Below are positions 1 to 12,425 of a DNA stretch of 64,000 nucleotides, one piece after another. The stretch is taken from positions 185,196,001-185,260,000 of the forward strand of contig NC_058368.1 of the NCBI RefSeq assembly GCF_018350175.1, written 5' to 3'. Positions within the stretch are counted from its first letter, which is position 1, and every line of letters starts with the position of its first letter. This stretch comes from Felis catus (lineage: Eukaryota). A program made the translations under genes and the position numbers. Below the pieces are notes generated by a model. It made no database searches. It worked only from the letters and a program-made list of their open reading frames with translations, and had not been told where the DNA came from.

Positions 1-54
1 TCTGGATTGGTTATTTTACATGGAAGTTTCTTTATTTAAATATTTACATTTTTA

Positions 55-266
55 GGGGCACCTGGGTGGCTCAGTCGGTAAAGTGTCTGACTTTGACTCA
101 GATCATGATCTCACAGTTGGTGAGTTCAAGCCCTGCATCGGGGCTCTATGCTGACAGATCAGAGCCTGGAGTCTGTTTCAGATTCTGTGTGTCCCTCTCT
201 CTTCTCTGCCCCTCCCTCACTCACACTCTGTCTGTCTCTCAAAAATAAACAAACATTAAAAAATGT
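55..266 (+). mobile_element. CanSINE (tRNA-derived, felid SINEC_Fc-like)
   Basis: GGGGCACCTGGGTGGCTCAGTCGG head, B-box-like GAGTTCAAGCCC, CT-rich stretch, AATAAA/A tail; TSD AAATATTTACATTTT at 38-52 and 267-281. Confidence 0.95.
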
Positions 267-454
267 AAATATTTACATTTTCAATCTATACTTTTAATAG
301 TATAAGATATTTACTTAAAGCTATTTTTCAGTTATGGTATCATGGCTTCTATTGGTTTCTAGGTAAGTATGAATATTTCTTTGCACATAATCTACAAACT
401 CGAAAAAAATAGCATAGGATTTGAAATTTTTATCAGGAATATTTAAAAGCTTAA

Positions 455-840
455 ATGGTAAAACACTTGACTAACAGTGACTTTAATAAATAGAGGTTTA
501 TTTTCTTTTTCATGACAAGGAATCTGGAGGTAGATGGCTCCTGGAATTGGTTTAGTGATTCAGTATTATCAGAGATGGTATCTCTGTAATCTTCTCATTT
601 ATTTCCATATGGTGACAAGATAGCTGCTACAGCTCTGGGCATCAAATCCACATTCATAGCAGGAGGAATGGAAAAGGAATCATTAATTAGGAATCTCTTT
701 TAATCAGGAAAGCAAAAGCTTTCCTAGAAATCCCCAACTTCTGCTTATATATCATTGTCCAGAATTTTGTTTCATGGCCATCTCTTTCTTTCATGGCCAT
801 TTCTTACATGAAAGCTGGAAAAATGAGTATTTTACTTTGC
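455..840. mobile_element. Old ERVL/MaLR-class LTR remnant (LTR33-like)
   Basis: Recalled similarity in GACAAGATAGCTGCTACAGCTCTGGGCATCAAATCCACATTC and CATTGTCCAGAATT..CATGGCCA; highly diverged. Confidence 0.5.
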
Positions 841-1589
841 TAGCCACTATAGTGGAAGTTGGTATGGAATAAGGGAGAGAGAAATGGTTCTTGGATCTGC
901 CAACTAGTTGTATTTTTTGTTGAAGCATTAAATAAGATACCTGGAAGGCACTTAGCAGTGAGTCTGACTTAGAGTAAGCAGACATATAGGGGTGATTATC
1001 ATCACCAATAGCAAGGAAATAAGAAGTGCTCCCTTGGCAATCTCCCCACTCCTTGTTAACATTGATGAACTTTGTTTACATGCTATAAACCCACTAAAAA
1101 TAAGGGATCCTACTTTTATTTTAAAACTTTAGAACTTTTCACTTTCTTACATTAATTTCCATACATGTCTATTTGGGTTGATGAATTTAAGATAAAAACA
1201 AATCATTTCTGTTTTCTGATTTATAGCATTCTCTGCTCCCACAGAAATGGGGAGGAAAGAATAGTTATTTGAGGACAGAGTGTCATATCACCCAAACCTT
1301 TCTCTCTCCAACATCATTTGATCTGTGATAAAAGGGGAAAAAAGATTCTGAGAGGTTGAACAAATAGCAAATAACTTCACCTCTCTAATGCCCTGTATTT
1401 CTTTTCTATATTAGAAAAATATATTGAAGATTTCCAATCTCTGAATGGAAAGACATATGATAAGCATATTATACTAATGTTGATACACTACTGTCCTTGG
1501 GAAAGTATGGAAATCTTGGCAAGAAGTGGAGTGTCATTTTAAAATTATCTTTTACTGATAACAATAAGAAATAAATAGGTTGAAATAAG

Positions 1590-1962
1590 AAATAAGTAGT
1601 CCGGGTTGGTATGAGCTGGTCTAGATCATACATCTGTGGTTGTATGGCAGGTTAACAAAAAGCTGTCTTCACTATGATGGTTTTAGCTTGGACAGGTTGT
1701 CTTTTAGACCATAAATCTCTCACATGCCTTCATTGGACAAGCCTTGGTATATTCATTTAATGGTGGAAAAGGTCCAAGAATAAGCCAGCCCAGTCATGCA
1801 AGAGGGTAAACAGAAACATACATGTCTTTTTCAAGCCTTTGCTTGAAGCACATTAGCTAGGGTCCCATTGCCTAAAATAAGTCAGATGATAGATTCAGTG
1901 TGGGAGAGAACACAGTTAAGGATCAGGGTTTAGGAACCATTAATGAAACCAAGCTACAACAC
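1590..1962 (-). mobile_element. MaLR LTR remnant (MLT1-like)
   Basis: TTTTCAAGCCTTTGCTTG..GTCCCATTGCCTAAAATAAGTCA resembles antisense MLT1. Confidence 0.5.
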
Positions 1963-4789
1963 CAGGCTTATTTTTGTTTTTGTTTGGAGAGTGTACCAAG
2001 AACAAGCCCTGTTCTCTGAATACTTTGGGTAACTTTGGTTGTATTGTTACTAATTTGCTGCAGAATTTTCAAACTAGTTTCTATGAAAACTAGTTTGCTT
2101 TTGCTTTTTCCAGATGGTAATTATGGTATTCTCAGACTTGATACCAATTTTCTTTTTATTTTTTTTGAGAAGTTTTATGAATATTGCAAATAATTGGCTA
2201 TATCTCCACAAAGCCTTTATGTTTCTTCTCAATAGATAGAGGCTTGTATTTCTCTCATAGAGCAGTTATTATCCTTGATTAAAGGGAAGCCCTATCCATG
2301 AGAGAAAAAAAATCAAGTATTTCTAGAAATAAGTTAGACTAGGCAAGAAGATAGACTGGGAAAAATTCCATATTGGTGTAATGTGCTACATCAAACTATG
2401 ACACTTGCATAAAGATTCTTATATGTAGGATGGTGTGGATGTTGCCTACAGCCATTGGAAAACTTTGCCCTATAAACACCTCAGAGATGTGACTTTATCA
2501 TAATTGCTTAGTTATCTGTTTGCAGTTATAAAATGTCACTGTCACTATTAGAAAAATTTATGTTGTTGCCTTAAAATTTTTATAACTTTTTGAAACATTG
2601 CCTCATATAAGCAGATCATTCTCTGGCAAACAGAGCATCTCACATTTTGCTTAGGCAACTTGAGTTTCCAAGGCATATGTTGAAACTTAACATACATCTC
2701 TGACCCACACCTAATTATTCCTAACTTAATCTAACCTTGCCACTATAAAGTGGAAAAGTCCAGACTAACTAAAATTTCAACGAAAAAGTTTCCACTTAAA
2801 TGCATAAGGGAATAAAAGTGAAGAAACAAAGCAATTATTTTCCAAGATGGAAAGAAAATGCAAATGAGCACTGCTTGTGAGCTTATGAAAGATATATGAA
2901 ACAGGATAAAGCGGCCATCTGCTAAAATAATTCAAAAGCAAAAATTTGGTTAGTTATTGACTGGTCTTAATAAGCTCAAATGTTGTTAGTTCACCCACAA
3001 AGAATTTCAATCTAAAATCAACTCTTCATTATTTTTGAATCAGCGTTCCATGATCTGTGTCAGATCACCATGGCTCACGCATAGCAGCAGGTGGACCAGA
3101 TGCTGAACATTAAATTAGCAAAATAACAAGGCAAAATTCTCCTTGCAAGCTCTGATTCTCTCCTTGCCTTCCTCCCACACACAGAAATTGGAGACAAAAA
3201 AAAAATGGAGAGAGATATTAGGACAGACTGCAATTATATGGCACTGGGTCCTTGTTTTTGTATTTAACCTTGTTTTGTTTATGTATTAGTTTCCATTAAA
3301 GCATGCTATGTGGTAAATAGCTGATAGTAGATGCCTATGTTACTTCTCTAAAGGTTATTTATACTTTCTCAAGTCTAGATCACTTGACAAATAAACTCAA
3401 ATCCTAACTCAGATGCTGGTACTTCTATTTAAAAGGGATTTTTTTCTGGCTTCTCTTTTTTCTATTTTGCCTTCTCCACAATGTACATATATCCATATAT
3501 TTCTTTTCAAAATGGCTGTTGGCCTAGACACAGACATGGTCAGGAAAGAAAGTTATTAATCTTTTATGGATGGCAAATAGCTTATGTGCACAGGTCAGCC
3601 ATCCTACCCTTAGAAGCTGATCAATCTGATTCTTATGCTAAATGTTTGAAGTTTCCTACTGTTATTGAGTATGCCATAGAAAATAACAAAAAAGAGGGCA
3701 GACATATGTATCTTATGGTCCTCAGAGCGGCCACAGTTTGTCTGTAGGTACACTGTGGAAATAATAAATAGCCTCTTCTAAAGAAAATAAGTTTTCTACA
3801 TCCTATATCACTTAGCAGCAGAGAGATATTGAGTCAGGTAAAATTATATCTTGACTTTTGACAGATCTCACTAAAATAACAGGAATAAGAGCAAACCTTT
3901 TCCAAGAAAAATAGTTGTGCATTTATATATTACATTATATTATTTATGATTTATTACAAATTATAAGGAAATAAAACATCATAATTGTATTAGTGATTGC
4001 AGTTGACAAATTTTATTGCTACCTTTTGAAACACAAAAGCAATTAAATATTTAAAAGAATAACACAATTGAATATATGTTTTCATTGTTACATTAAGTGC
4101 TAAACAGGTGATTTATGGCATTGTTACTAAGAATACACGTCACTATTTTGACTAAAATAAATTTGATTAGTATCTTATAAATGCAATAGACATCTCACTG
4201 GTTATGGAGACTGAGGAAGACTGAGTTTATAGCACTCAAAAAAAATGCTAGAGTTTCTTATAATGTTGATGGTAACATAGCAGTAAAAATTCTAGAAAAT
4301 GCAACTTTCTAAAATATAGAATATGAGACTACTTAAGAGGACAGTAAGATACTCAATCCCATGGAGATTTTTGAACAGCCTAGGTGAAGACATAATCTGA
4401 AGACATTTGTATTGGTGCTTGCAATAGATGTGCTAGGTTCCCTAGCACAGAGGCTCTGCAGGTTGTATGAGGCCCCTGAACACTGGTGCTAGAAGGAAAT
4501 GCTTAGCTGTGGGCTTGTATGGAAAGTGGCTGGATGTAGTTTCATGATTATAATGGAAAACTTTTTGCTACAGAAAAAAGAATATGAATGTAATTGGAAG
4601 GAGGGCTATTACGAGAAATCTGCTTTTACAAACAAAATTCTGAAAACCTTACTGAATGAATTTCTTGGAAGTTAGATTCACCAAGACTTTATGAGCTCCA
4701 AGTGTTCTGTGATGATGTTTTCATTCTCTAGAGCAGGGAAGAGCAAACTGTAACCCTCAGCCAAAATCTGGCTCATTGCCCGTTTTTGT

Positions 4790-5801
4790 TTTGTTTTGTT
4801 TTAGAGCAATTTTAGGTTTACAGAAAAATTGAACAGAGTTCCCATATACTCTCACCCCCTCCACAGTTTCCTCTGCTGTTAACATCTTGCCCTGGTGTGG
4901 TACATCTGTTAAAATTCATTAGCCAATATTGATACATTAGTATTAACTAAAGTCTGTAGTTTGGATTGGTGTTCATGATTTGTGTTGTAAATTCTAGGAG
5001 TTTTGACAAATGCTTAGTGTCATGTATCCGCCAATATATATCAAGTGGAATAGTTAGAGTCACTGCCCTAAAAACCCCCCTGTGTTCCACTCATTCATCA
5101 TCCTCCTCCCCATGCTTGGCAACTACTGATCTTTTTATTGTTTCCATAGTTTTTTCCCTTTTCCAGGATGCCATGTAGTTGGAATCATACAGTATGTAAC
5201 CTTTTCAGATAGACTTCCTTCACTTAGCAATATGCATTTAAAGTTTCTCCTCATCTTGTCGTAACTTGAAAGCTCATTTTATTTTATTTTTGAGAGACAG
5301 CGAGAAGAGAATGTGTGCACATGCTTATGAGCTGGGTGGCTGGAGGGGTAGAGAACCTTAAGCAGGCTCCAAGCCCAGCATGGAGCCCAACTAAGGACTC
5401 CATCTCATGACTGTGAGATCATGACCTGTGCTGAAATTAAGAGTCAAATGCTCAACTGACTAAGCCACCTAGGCACCCCTTGATAGCTCATTTTTAGAAT
5501 TACTCAATAATATTTCATTTAATGGATATCCCACAGTTTGTTTAGTGATTCACCTAATGAAGGACATCTTGGCTGCTTTGAGGTTGTGGCAGTTTTGAAT
5601 AAGCTACTGCAAGTATCTACATGCAGGTTTTTGTGAGAGTGTGTGTACTTTTGTTAAGAAACCACCAAACTGTCTTCTAAAGTAGCTGTACCACTCTGCA
5701 TTCTCACCAGCAATGGATGAGAGTTCCTGTTACCCCACATCCTCACCAGTTGTTGGTGTTGCCTGAATTTTGGATTTGGGCCATTCTAATATCTGTTGTT
5801 A
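4790..5801 (-). mobile_element. 5'-truncated old L1 3' end (L1MC/MB-like)
   Basis: Antisense tail (TTTTG)n then TTAGAGCAATTTTAGGTTTACAGAAAAATTG; antisense ORF2 end CCAGCAATGGATGAGAGTTCCTGTTACCCCACATCCTCACCAG; degenerate TSD ATTGCCCGTTTTTGT (4775-4789) / ATTGCCTATTTTTGT (5802-5816). Confidence 0.85.
5281..5479 (-). mobile_element. CanSINE (older subfamily) nested in L1
   Basis: Ends CTCAACTGACTAAGCCACCTAGGCACCCC; TSD TTGAAAGCTCATTTT (5266-5280) / TTGATAGCTCATTTT (5480-5494). Confidence 0.92.
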
Positions 5802-6353
5802 ATTGCCTATTTTTGTAAATAAAATTGTGTTGGAACACAGATACGCTCATTCATTTACATATCGTCTGTGGCTGCTTTCATGCTACAATGGCAGAGTTGA
5901 GTAGCTGTGACAAACACCATATGGCCCACAAAGCCTAAACTATTTACTGTCAGGCTTTTTATGGAAACTTGCCTTAGAATATTTTTTTTCTAGCACATCC
6001 CCTGATGACTTATACAAAATTTGTATGATATATTTGTGTTTTGTTCATGAGAATTATCACGAACCCACCCACGTCTTTCACTAGAGTAGTGGAGTAGATC
6101 CATCACTAATGCAATAACTGAACAGGTCCATCCTATAAAGAACTTGAAAAAATAAGACTTCTGTGTTCCTTTTTTTAAAGGACATGAAAGAAATGGAGGT
6201 TTCTCAAAGCCAACAGGATATCATCACAAACTGTAAAACTACAAATAGAATAATCTTAAAATCATACATGAACTTTGTAGCATGCAAATATGGGTGGTTA
6301 TGTATATATGTACATATATGTGTAAACACCTAACAGTTAAGAATAAGCTTTAT

Positions 6354-7414
6354 CTTCTGTACTGTAAAGGAAACAATCAACAAAACTGAAAGGCAACCAA
6401 TGGAATGGGAAAAGATATTTGCAAATGACCTAATCAGATAAAGGGTTAGTATCCAAAATCTATAAAGAACTTACCAAACTCAACACCTGAAAAACAAATA
6501 ATCCAGTAAAGAAATGGGCAGAAGACATGAATAGACACTTTTCCAAAGAAGACAGCCAGATGGCCAACAGACACATGAAAAGATGCTCAATGTCACTCAT
6601 CATCAGGGAAATACAAATCAAAACCACACTGAGATGCCACCTCACACTGGTCAGAATGGCTAAAATGAACAACTCAGGAAAGTACAGATGCTGGCGAGGA
6701 TGTGGAGAAATGGGAATCCTCTTGCACTGGTCGTGGGAATGCAAACTGGTGCAGCTGCTCTGGAAAACAGTGTGGAGGTTCCTCAAAAAATTAAAAATAG
6801 AACTACCCTACCACCCAGCAATAGCACTACTAGGAATTTATCCAAAGAATACAGGAGTGCTGATTCATAGGGGCACATGTACCCCAGTGTTATAGCGGTG
6901 CTTTCAACAATAGCCAAATTATTGAAAGAGCCTAAATGTCCATCAGCTGACAAATGGATACAAAAGATGTGGTTTATATGTACAATGGAATACTACTTGG
7001 GAATGAGAAAGAATGAAATCATGCCATTTGCAGCAACATGGATGGAACTGGAGGGTATTATGCTGAGTGAAATAAGTTAGTCAGAGAAGGACAGATATTA
7101 TGTTTTCACTTATATGTGTATCTTGAGAAACTGAACAACAGACCATGGGGGAGGGAAGGGGAAAAAATAGTTACAAACACAGAGGGAGGGAGGCAAACCA
7201 CTAGAGACTCTTAAATACAGAGAACAAACTGAGAGTTAGTGGGGGTTGGGGGGCATGGGAGAGTGGGTGATGGGGCATTGAGGAGGGCACTTGTTGGGAT
7301 GAGCACTGGGTATTGTATGGAATCGATGAAAGATGGAAATCTATTCCCAAAACAAGAGCACACTTTACACACTATATGTTAGCCAATTTGACAATAAATT
7401 ATATTTAAAAAGAA
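6354..7414 (+). mobile_element. 5'-truncated carnivore/felid L1 (disrupted ORF2 C-terminus + 3'UTR)
   Basis: ORFs 6527-6895 ([23 protein letters not shown]) and 6877-7080 (KCPS..WIQKMW..FAATWMELEGIMLSEIS) are frameshifted ORF2 C-terminal pieces; G-rich 3'UTR, AATAAA; TSD AAGAATAAGCTTTAT (6339-6353) / AAGAAGAAGCTTTAT (7415-7429). Confidence 0.96.
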
Positions 7415-8108
7415 AAGAAGAAGCTTTATGATGGAAAAATCCTTGTGATCAGGATTACTTTCTCCTCAATTGTTAAAAATTATACCCAGCAACAAAAAGC
7501 AAACACACTACTGATATATACAATAACATGGATCATCTTAAAAGATGCCAGACAGAAAAGAATATGTGGGATTTTTTTAATTGAAAAAGAAAAAAGGGAA
7601 AAGAATGTGCTTTTCATAAGTGTTTGGTTTCAACATTAATATAATTATCTTAAAATATAGAATTTGGTTGCTTGTGAGAGAATGTGGCTTGGAATATAAT
7701 CAAACATGTAAGTTATTATGGCATGTAAAGATAAAGACAAATTTATTCTCATGGACTCAATGTGAACTCTCTATTGGTCACAATATCCCATCAAACAGTG
7801 TTTTCCAAATCTGGCTGCCAAGATTTCCAAGGCTAGCTGCAGTATACCTGGTTTATAATCTGAATTATGGATCACCCATGGTAATTCTGATACTGTTGTC
7901 CCAAAGACCATCGTCATTAGATATGTACCACATATCTAAGAAATTCTTTGGAAGCGGAGAACCAATGTTCACCATGCCAGTAATGCTAGGGAACTTAATC
8001 TATTTTGATTTGTAATTTATCCATTATCATTAAATGAAATTTATTTTGATGATGTGTGGATGTCCAATTTCTTTAAGAAATATTTTTTCTTTGAAATAGG
8101 AATGTGGT

Positions 8109-8325
8109 GGGGCGCCTGGGTGGCGCAGTCGGTTAAGCGTCTGACCTCAGCCAGGTCACCATCTCGCGGCCCGGTGAGTTCGAGCCCCGCGTCGGGCTCT
8201 GGGCTGATGGCTCAGAGCCTGGAGCCTGTTTCCGATTCTGTGTCTCCCTCTCTCTCTGCCCCTCCCCCGTTCATGCTCTGTCTCTCTCTGTCCCAAAAAT
8301 AAATAAACGTTGAAAAAAAAAAAAA
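8109..8325 (+). mobile_element. Young felid CanSINE (SINEC_Fc)
   Basis: CpG-rich body, pure A tail, perfect TSD GAAATAGGAATGTGG at 8093-8107 and 8326-8340. Confidence 0.97.
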
Positions 8326-8722
8326 GAAATAGGAATGTGGAGTTAGCAGATCACTCTATCCTCAATCTTGCTAATGAAGTAACCAAAATTTTGATTCACC
8401 TCTCATCCCATGCAGTCATCTGACATTCTGTCTTAGTTTTCTGATTATGTAGCCACAGACTGGGCATGGAGACAATGCCCCAGTCACTAACAATGTCAAC
8501 AACTGTGTGAGATTGTGGTACTGAGTCACTGCCTCCATTTTTGTTCAGTGGAGCACTGAGCACTTCATCTTGTGATATCCAGGTCATCCTAAACCATTTT
8601 CATGCTTTGGTTCCTGACTAAGAACGTACGTGAGAATGAGTTCATGTCCTGTGAAGAGAGAAAAGATCTGTCCACTGAGACAGTAGAATTGTTTTATGGC
8701 ACTGATTCTTTTACTACCCAGC

Positions 8723-9040
8723 AGTAAATTTTAAAGCAGGAGGCCATTACTGAGGTGGTTTTAATGCCTCAGTAAGGCAAACCAAAATCTAAGCCTGTGA
8801 ATGCCTCAAGGTTCCAAAATCAAAATGCTATGGACAACCAATCACAAACAGCCTACCAGGGTTTAAGCTATAGCCAATCAAATAATTTCTTTTCTTTGCA
8901 ACCATACTTTATAGGTGTTTACCATAGTTCTTGTCTGCCAAGTGCTCTTAACTACTGATGGTTTAGCGCTGCTTGGTTACAACAGATTTTTCTCAAAAAC
9001 CTCTTAAAATTTTGAATGTGCCTCAGTTTATCTTTCAACA
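8723..9040 (+). mobile_element. ERV1-like solo LTR remnant
   Basis: Two CCAATCA boxes, TATA-like TTTATA, terminal TGTGCCTCAGTTTATCTTTCAACA typical of ERV1 LTR U5 ends. Confidence 0.6.
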
Positions 9041-9499
9041 TAGGATATAGTTATAAAAAAACCACAGATTTTCTCCCTTGGCTTCTTCCTCTTTAAAATA
9101 TGAATAACAACTCTTCTTTTGATGTCACGTTACTATGTATCAGTTATGATCATGTCAGTAAAAGAGCTAAGTGGAGAGACGCATTCATCTCTGTTCAACC
9201 CTGTTTTACCTCCCTGGTTTGGTTTGGCATCACTAGCCTTGGGCGTTACCAGAGGTTCCTTACTACTCTCCCACTCTGCAGCAAAGCCTCTTGGCAGTTC
9301 ACCATGGACTGCTTCTTGTGACTCTTCCTAAACTGTGCATGTGAGAGTATTTGTTCTCTGCTTTTAAAACTTCCTATTCCAGCGAGGCAATGTTTACTAT
9401 CCTTTATTTAACATTTAAAGCTCCTTACAACTGGGTCTAATATGAACCTTCTTTCACTGATCTCAATTTATGGCTGCTGCTCTGTGCAGAGTAATTTTT

Positions 9500-10065
9500 G
9501 CTCTTTGCCTCAATGTGTGCTATTTCATCTGCCGGGAATGCATTTCTTACCCTCCATTTCCATTTGCCTGGGATGCATTTTTTACCCACCATTTCCATTA
9601 TAGACTTTCTAGTTCTTTTTTTCAAGATCAGCTGAAATGTTAACATCATCTGTATTTTGCTAACCCCATCTGACCCAGTACTAATACCTTTTTCCCTTGT
9701 GCTCCTCTAATACCTACTTATTTCAAAAACTATCTTTGACACTTACGCTTCCTCTTAGTGTAGAGATTTATATACCTGATTTTATATATTAAGGTATTCA
9801 TTTCTTGCAAACTTTAATGTGCAAACCTCTGAAATTGAGGTTTATCTTAAAAGTTCTATGTATATTTAATGATTTTCTTTTTTTCCATAGAGTTATTACT
9901 TTGTTTTAAATTAAATGGATGGTGTCTTATGTTGAATGGATATAGTCTGTGCCTTGTGTCCCTTTGCTGCAATGTAAGTTTCTTGGGTGGTGAGGACCAT
10001 GTCTTACACAATTTTCTATTTTCCACAGCTGCTTGCACATAATAGATAATCAATAAATGCTCTTA
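9500..10065 (+). mobile_element. L2 3' remnant (fragmented)
   Basis: AATGTAAGTTTCTTGGGTGGTGAGGACCATGTCTT..CACATAATAGATAATCAATAAATGC resembles the L2 3' terminus. Confidence 0.55.
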
Positions 10066-10971
10066 AAACAAATGGAATACATAAAATGATATAAAAAGGA
10101 AAGATATGACATACTATTCCTTGGGCTGTGTGTGAAATGAGATCCTGCACTTTGAAGGTTCTCTGGGAGTTCAAATCATAAATCCTCCAGTGGTCTTATC
10201 ATTCATGCCTGTTGTACACCTGTCATAGTTTGCTGGGAGAGATATGAGATACATTGTCTCTCATGAGGTTTTGAGATGATCTGTTTATTTTTTTTCTCTC
10301 ATATCCAGCTACTGCATTAATTTTTATGCCAGACTGCTTAAGTAGGCAATAACACATTTTGCCTTGCTTTATTTTATTTCAGTAATCTTGCTCAGCCAGC
10401 AGGGAGGCCTATTAGTAGCTTTCTTGGAATCTATTTACAACATATTCTTTCTATTTACCGAGTATCATACTTTGCCAAAAGTCATCCAAACAGTTTTGGA
10501 TCCTTCTTCCTGGCCCTAAATTGGAAGAAGAATCAATTTCAAATAGCTTAAAATCGATTTCCAATTATTTCTGTGCTTAAAGCATTGAGAGATTTACCTG
10601 GAAATTTTAATATTCTTCTGTTTTGTACCATAAATTTTTTCCTCCATTTTTTTTAAAAACACTTAAATGTTCTAGAAATTATCTTCACTTGATCTTTGAA
10701 CCAAAGCATCTCTTTATCATTTCCCTTTCCCTCCTTGGATTATTATTCTTATTTTTGAAGAACAGAGACAAAATAAAAAAATAAAAGGCATACCCATGCA
10801 ATGACTTTCTATTTTGATCATGCTTTTCTAATCTCTGTCTAGTTAATGAAAATAATTATGGAAGCTAATATTTTATTTTTCACCTTTGTCATGTAATGTG
10901 GGAAACATTTTATGTCAATTATTTTATTTAATCTTTACAGTAAACCTACGAGCAAGAATTATTATTATCCC

Positions 10972-11790
10972 TGTTAAATGTAAGCCTGATAATGTTATTT
11001 CTCAAAATCCTCTAATAACTTATTATCTTGAAGATCCTTGCTATGAACTAAAAGGCTTTCCCAGCCTGTTCTCCAACTGTGATCTCATTACTATCCCGAC
11101 CTCATCTCTTAACACTCTACTTTTTAAAAAAACTTTTTTTAACGTTTATTTATTTTTGAGACAGAGAGAGACAAAGCATGAACGGGGGAGGGTCAGAGAG
11201 AGGGAGACACAGAATCTGAAACAGGCTCCAGGCTCTGAGCTGTCAGCACAGAGCCCAACACGGGGCTCGAACTCACGGACTGCGAGATCATGACCTGAGC
11301 CGAAGTTGGCCGCTTAACCGACTAAGCCACCCAGGCGCCCCTTAACACTCTACTTTTAATCTCTCTGCTCTAGCTGTCCTCATATCTTGTCAGGCATAGT
11401 CTTGCATCAGGGCTTTTGCACTTGCCACTCATGGAGCACTCTTTCCTTCCATGAACATCGACATGACGTGTTTTCTCACTTCCTTCATGTTATCACCAAG
11501 GTCATCTTGGTGACATCTTACCTGGCTCTATCTAAAATATCTACCTAACACATACCTCAGACCTCTCTAATAGTTCATATCCCATTCTCTTCTTTTTAAA
11601 AATGTTTCTTTCTACATTTATCATGTTCTAATATGTTATCTATTTGTCCTTTTTGTTGCTTCCTTTGCTAAAAGTATGAAGGCAGGGCCTGTAGCCTCTC
11701 CTGTTGACTTCTACATTCTCCAAACCTAGAATGGTGTCTGACACATAGCAGGCAAATGTTAAGTATCTGCTGAGTGAATAAATGTATGAA
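10972..11790 (+). mobile_element. L2 3' fragment, interrupted by a SINE
   Basis: TCAGGGCTTTTGCACTTGC, CTAGAATGGTGTCTGACACATAGCAGGC..TGAGTGAATAAATG. Confidence 0.7.
11125..11341 (-). mobile_element. Felid CanSINE
   Basis: Ends GCCACCCAGGCGCCCC; TSD TTAACACTCTACTTTT at 11109-11124 and 11342-11357. Confidence 0.96.
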
Positions 11791-12371
11791 TCAGAGATGT
11801 TAAGTAATTGAACACCTTTTAACTAGTAATTTGTGGAGCTAAGATTTAACACAGACCGTTTTATTTCTTCACATTTAACTTTTGAATATATTTCAGGAAT
11901 TGGTTACAAAAAACAATGGAAGGTTGCCTGTAGCATCACCATAAGTAATTCATCTACATTATATTGTTTGACAAAGTAAACCAAGACTCTCTGTTCAGAC
12001 TTGATATGGTAGATTCCTAAATGTCTTTCAGAAGCATTGTTAGATACATAATGCATATGAGTTGTCTTCTCTGAAATTATTTTTTAATTGAAATGTGTCC
12101 ATAATCTTGTCATTTCTGAACTTCCAAATTATACTGCAGTCTGTTGATCAAGATTGATTCTGAGCATGTGGGACACATTTTAAACAAGAAAGAATCTTGC
12201 TGGTTGTTTGTAATGTGATGGCTAATGCACTGGAAACAGATTGCATGGACATTAAACTTCTGTCCACACATCTATGTTCAAAAACCAAACAGTAAATATT
12301 TGCCTTAATGATTGATTTTGCTGTGGGGTGCAAACTGTCATGGTTCCAATTTTTTGGTAGTGTTGTTCTTG

Positions 12372-12425
12372 TTCTTTTCTTTTCTTTTCTTTTCTTTTCT
12401 TTTCTTTTCTTTCTTATTTCTTTTT
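12372..12425. repeat. (TTTTC)n microsatellite
   Basis: Direct reading. Confidence 0.9.

Larger units (their letters stand above)
4734..5973 (+). mobile_element. MER58A-like hAT DNA transposon, split by an L1 insertion (pieces 4734-4789 and 5802-5973)
   Basis: 5' CAGGGAAGAGCAAACT..CCAAAATCTGGCTC; 3' TTTGTAAATAAAATTGTGTTGGAACACAG..GGCAGAGTTGAGTAGCTGTGAC..ATGGCCCACAAAGCCTAAACTATTTACT. Confidence 0.85.
10885..11865 (-). mobile_element. MIR split by an L2 insertion (pieces about 10885-10971 and 11790-11865)
   Basis: TTTAATCTTTACAGTAAACCTACGAG..ATTATTATCCC; resumes TCAGAGATGTTAAGTAATTG..GGAGCTAAGATTTAAC. Confidence 0.55.

Noticed and set aside
66..248. Recurring MAQSV../SSSPASG.. peptides as a gene family, or SINE heads as tRNA genes
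   Set aside because: These are translations of CanSINE copies; the heads are tRNA-derived but lack a complete cloverleaf and carry SINE tails and TSDs.
6460..7080. ORFs of 108-122 aa as host genes (also 47913-48491 and 54825-55742)
   Set aside because: They are frameshifted L1 ORF2 pieces or their antisense shadows.
8743..8778. Hairpin TTACTGAGG..CCTCAGTAA as a small RNA or terminator
   Set aside because: The stem is too short for a pre-miRNA and lies within a putative LTR.
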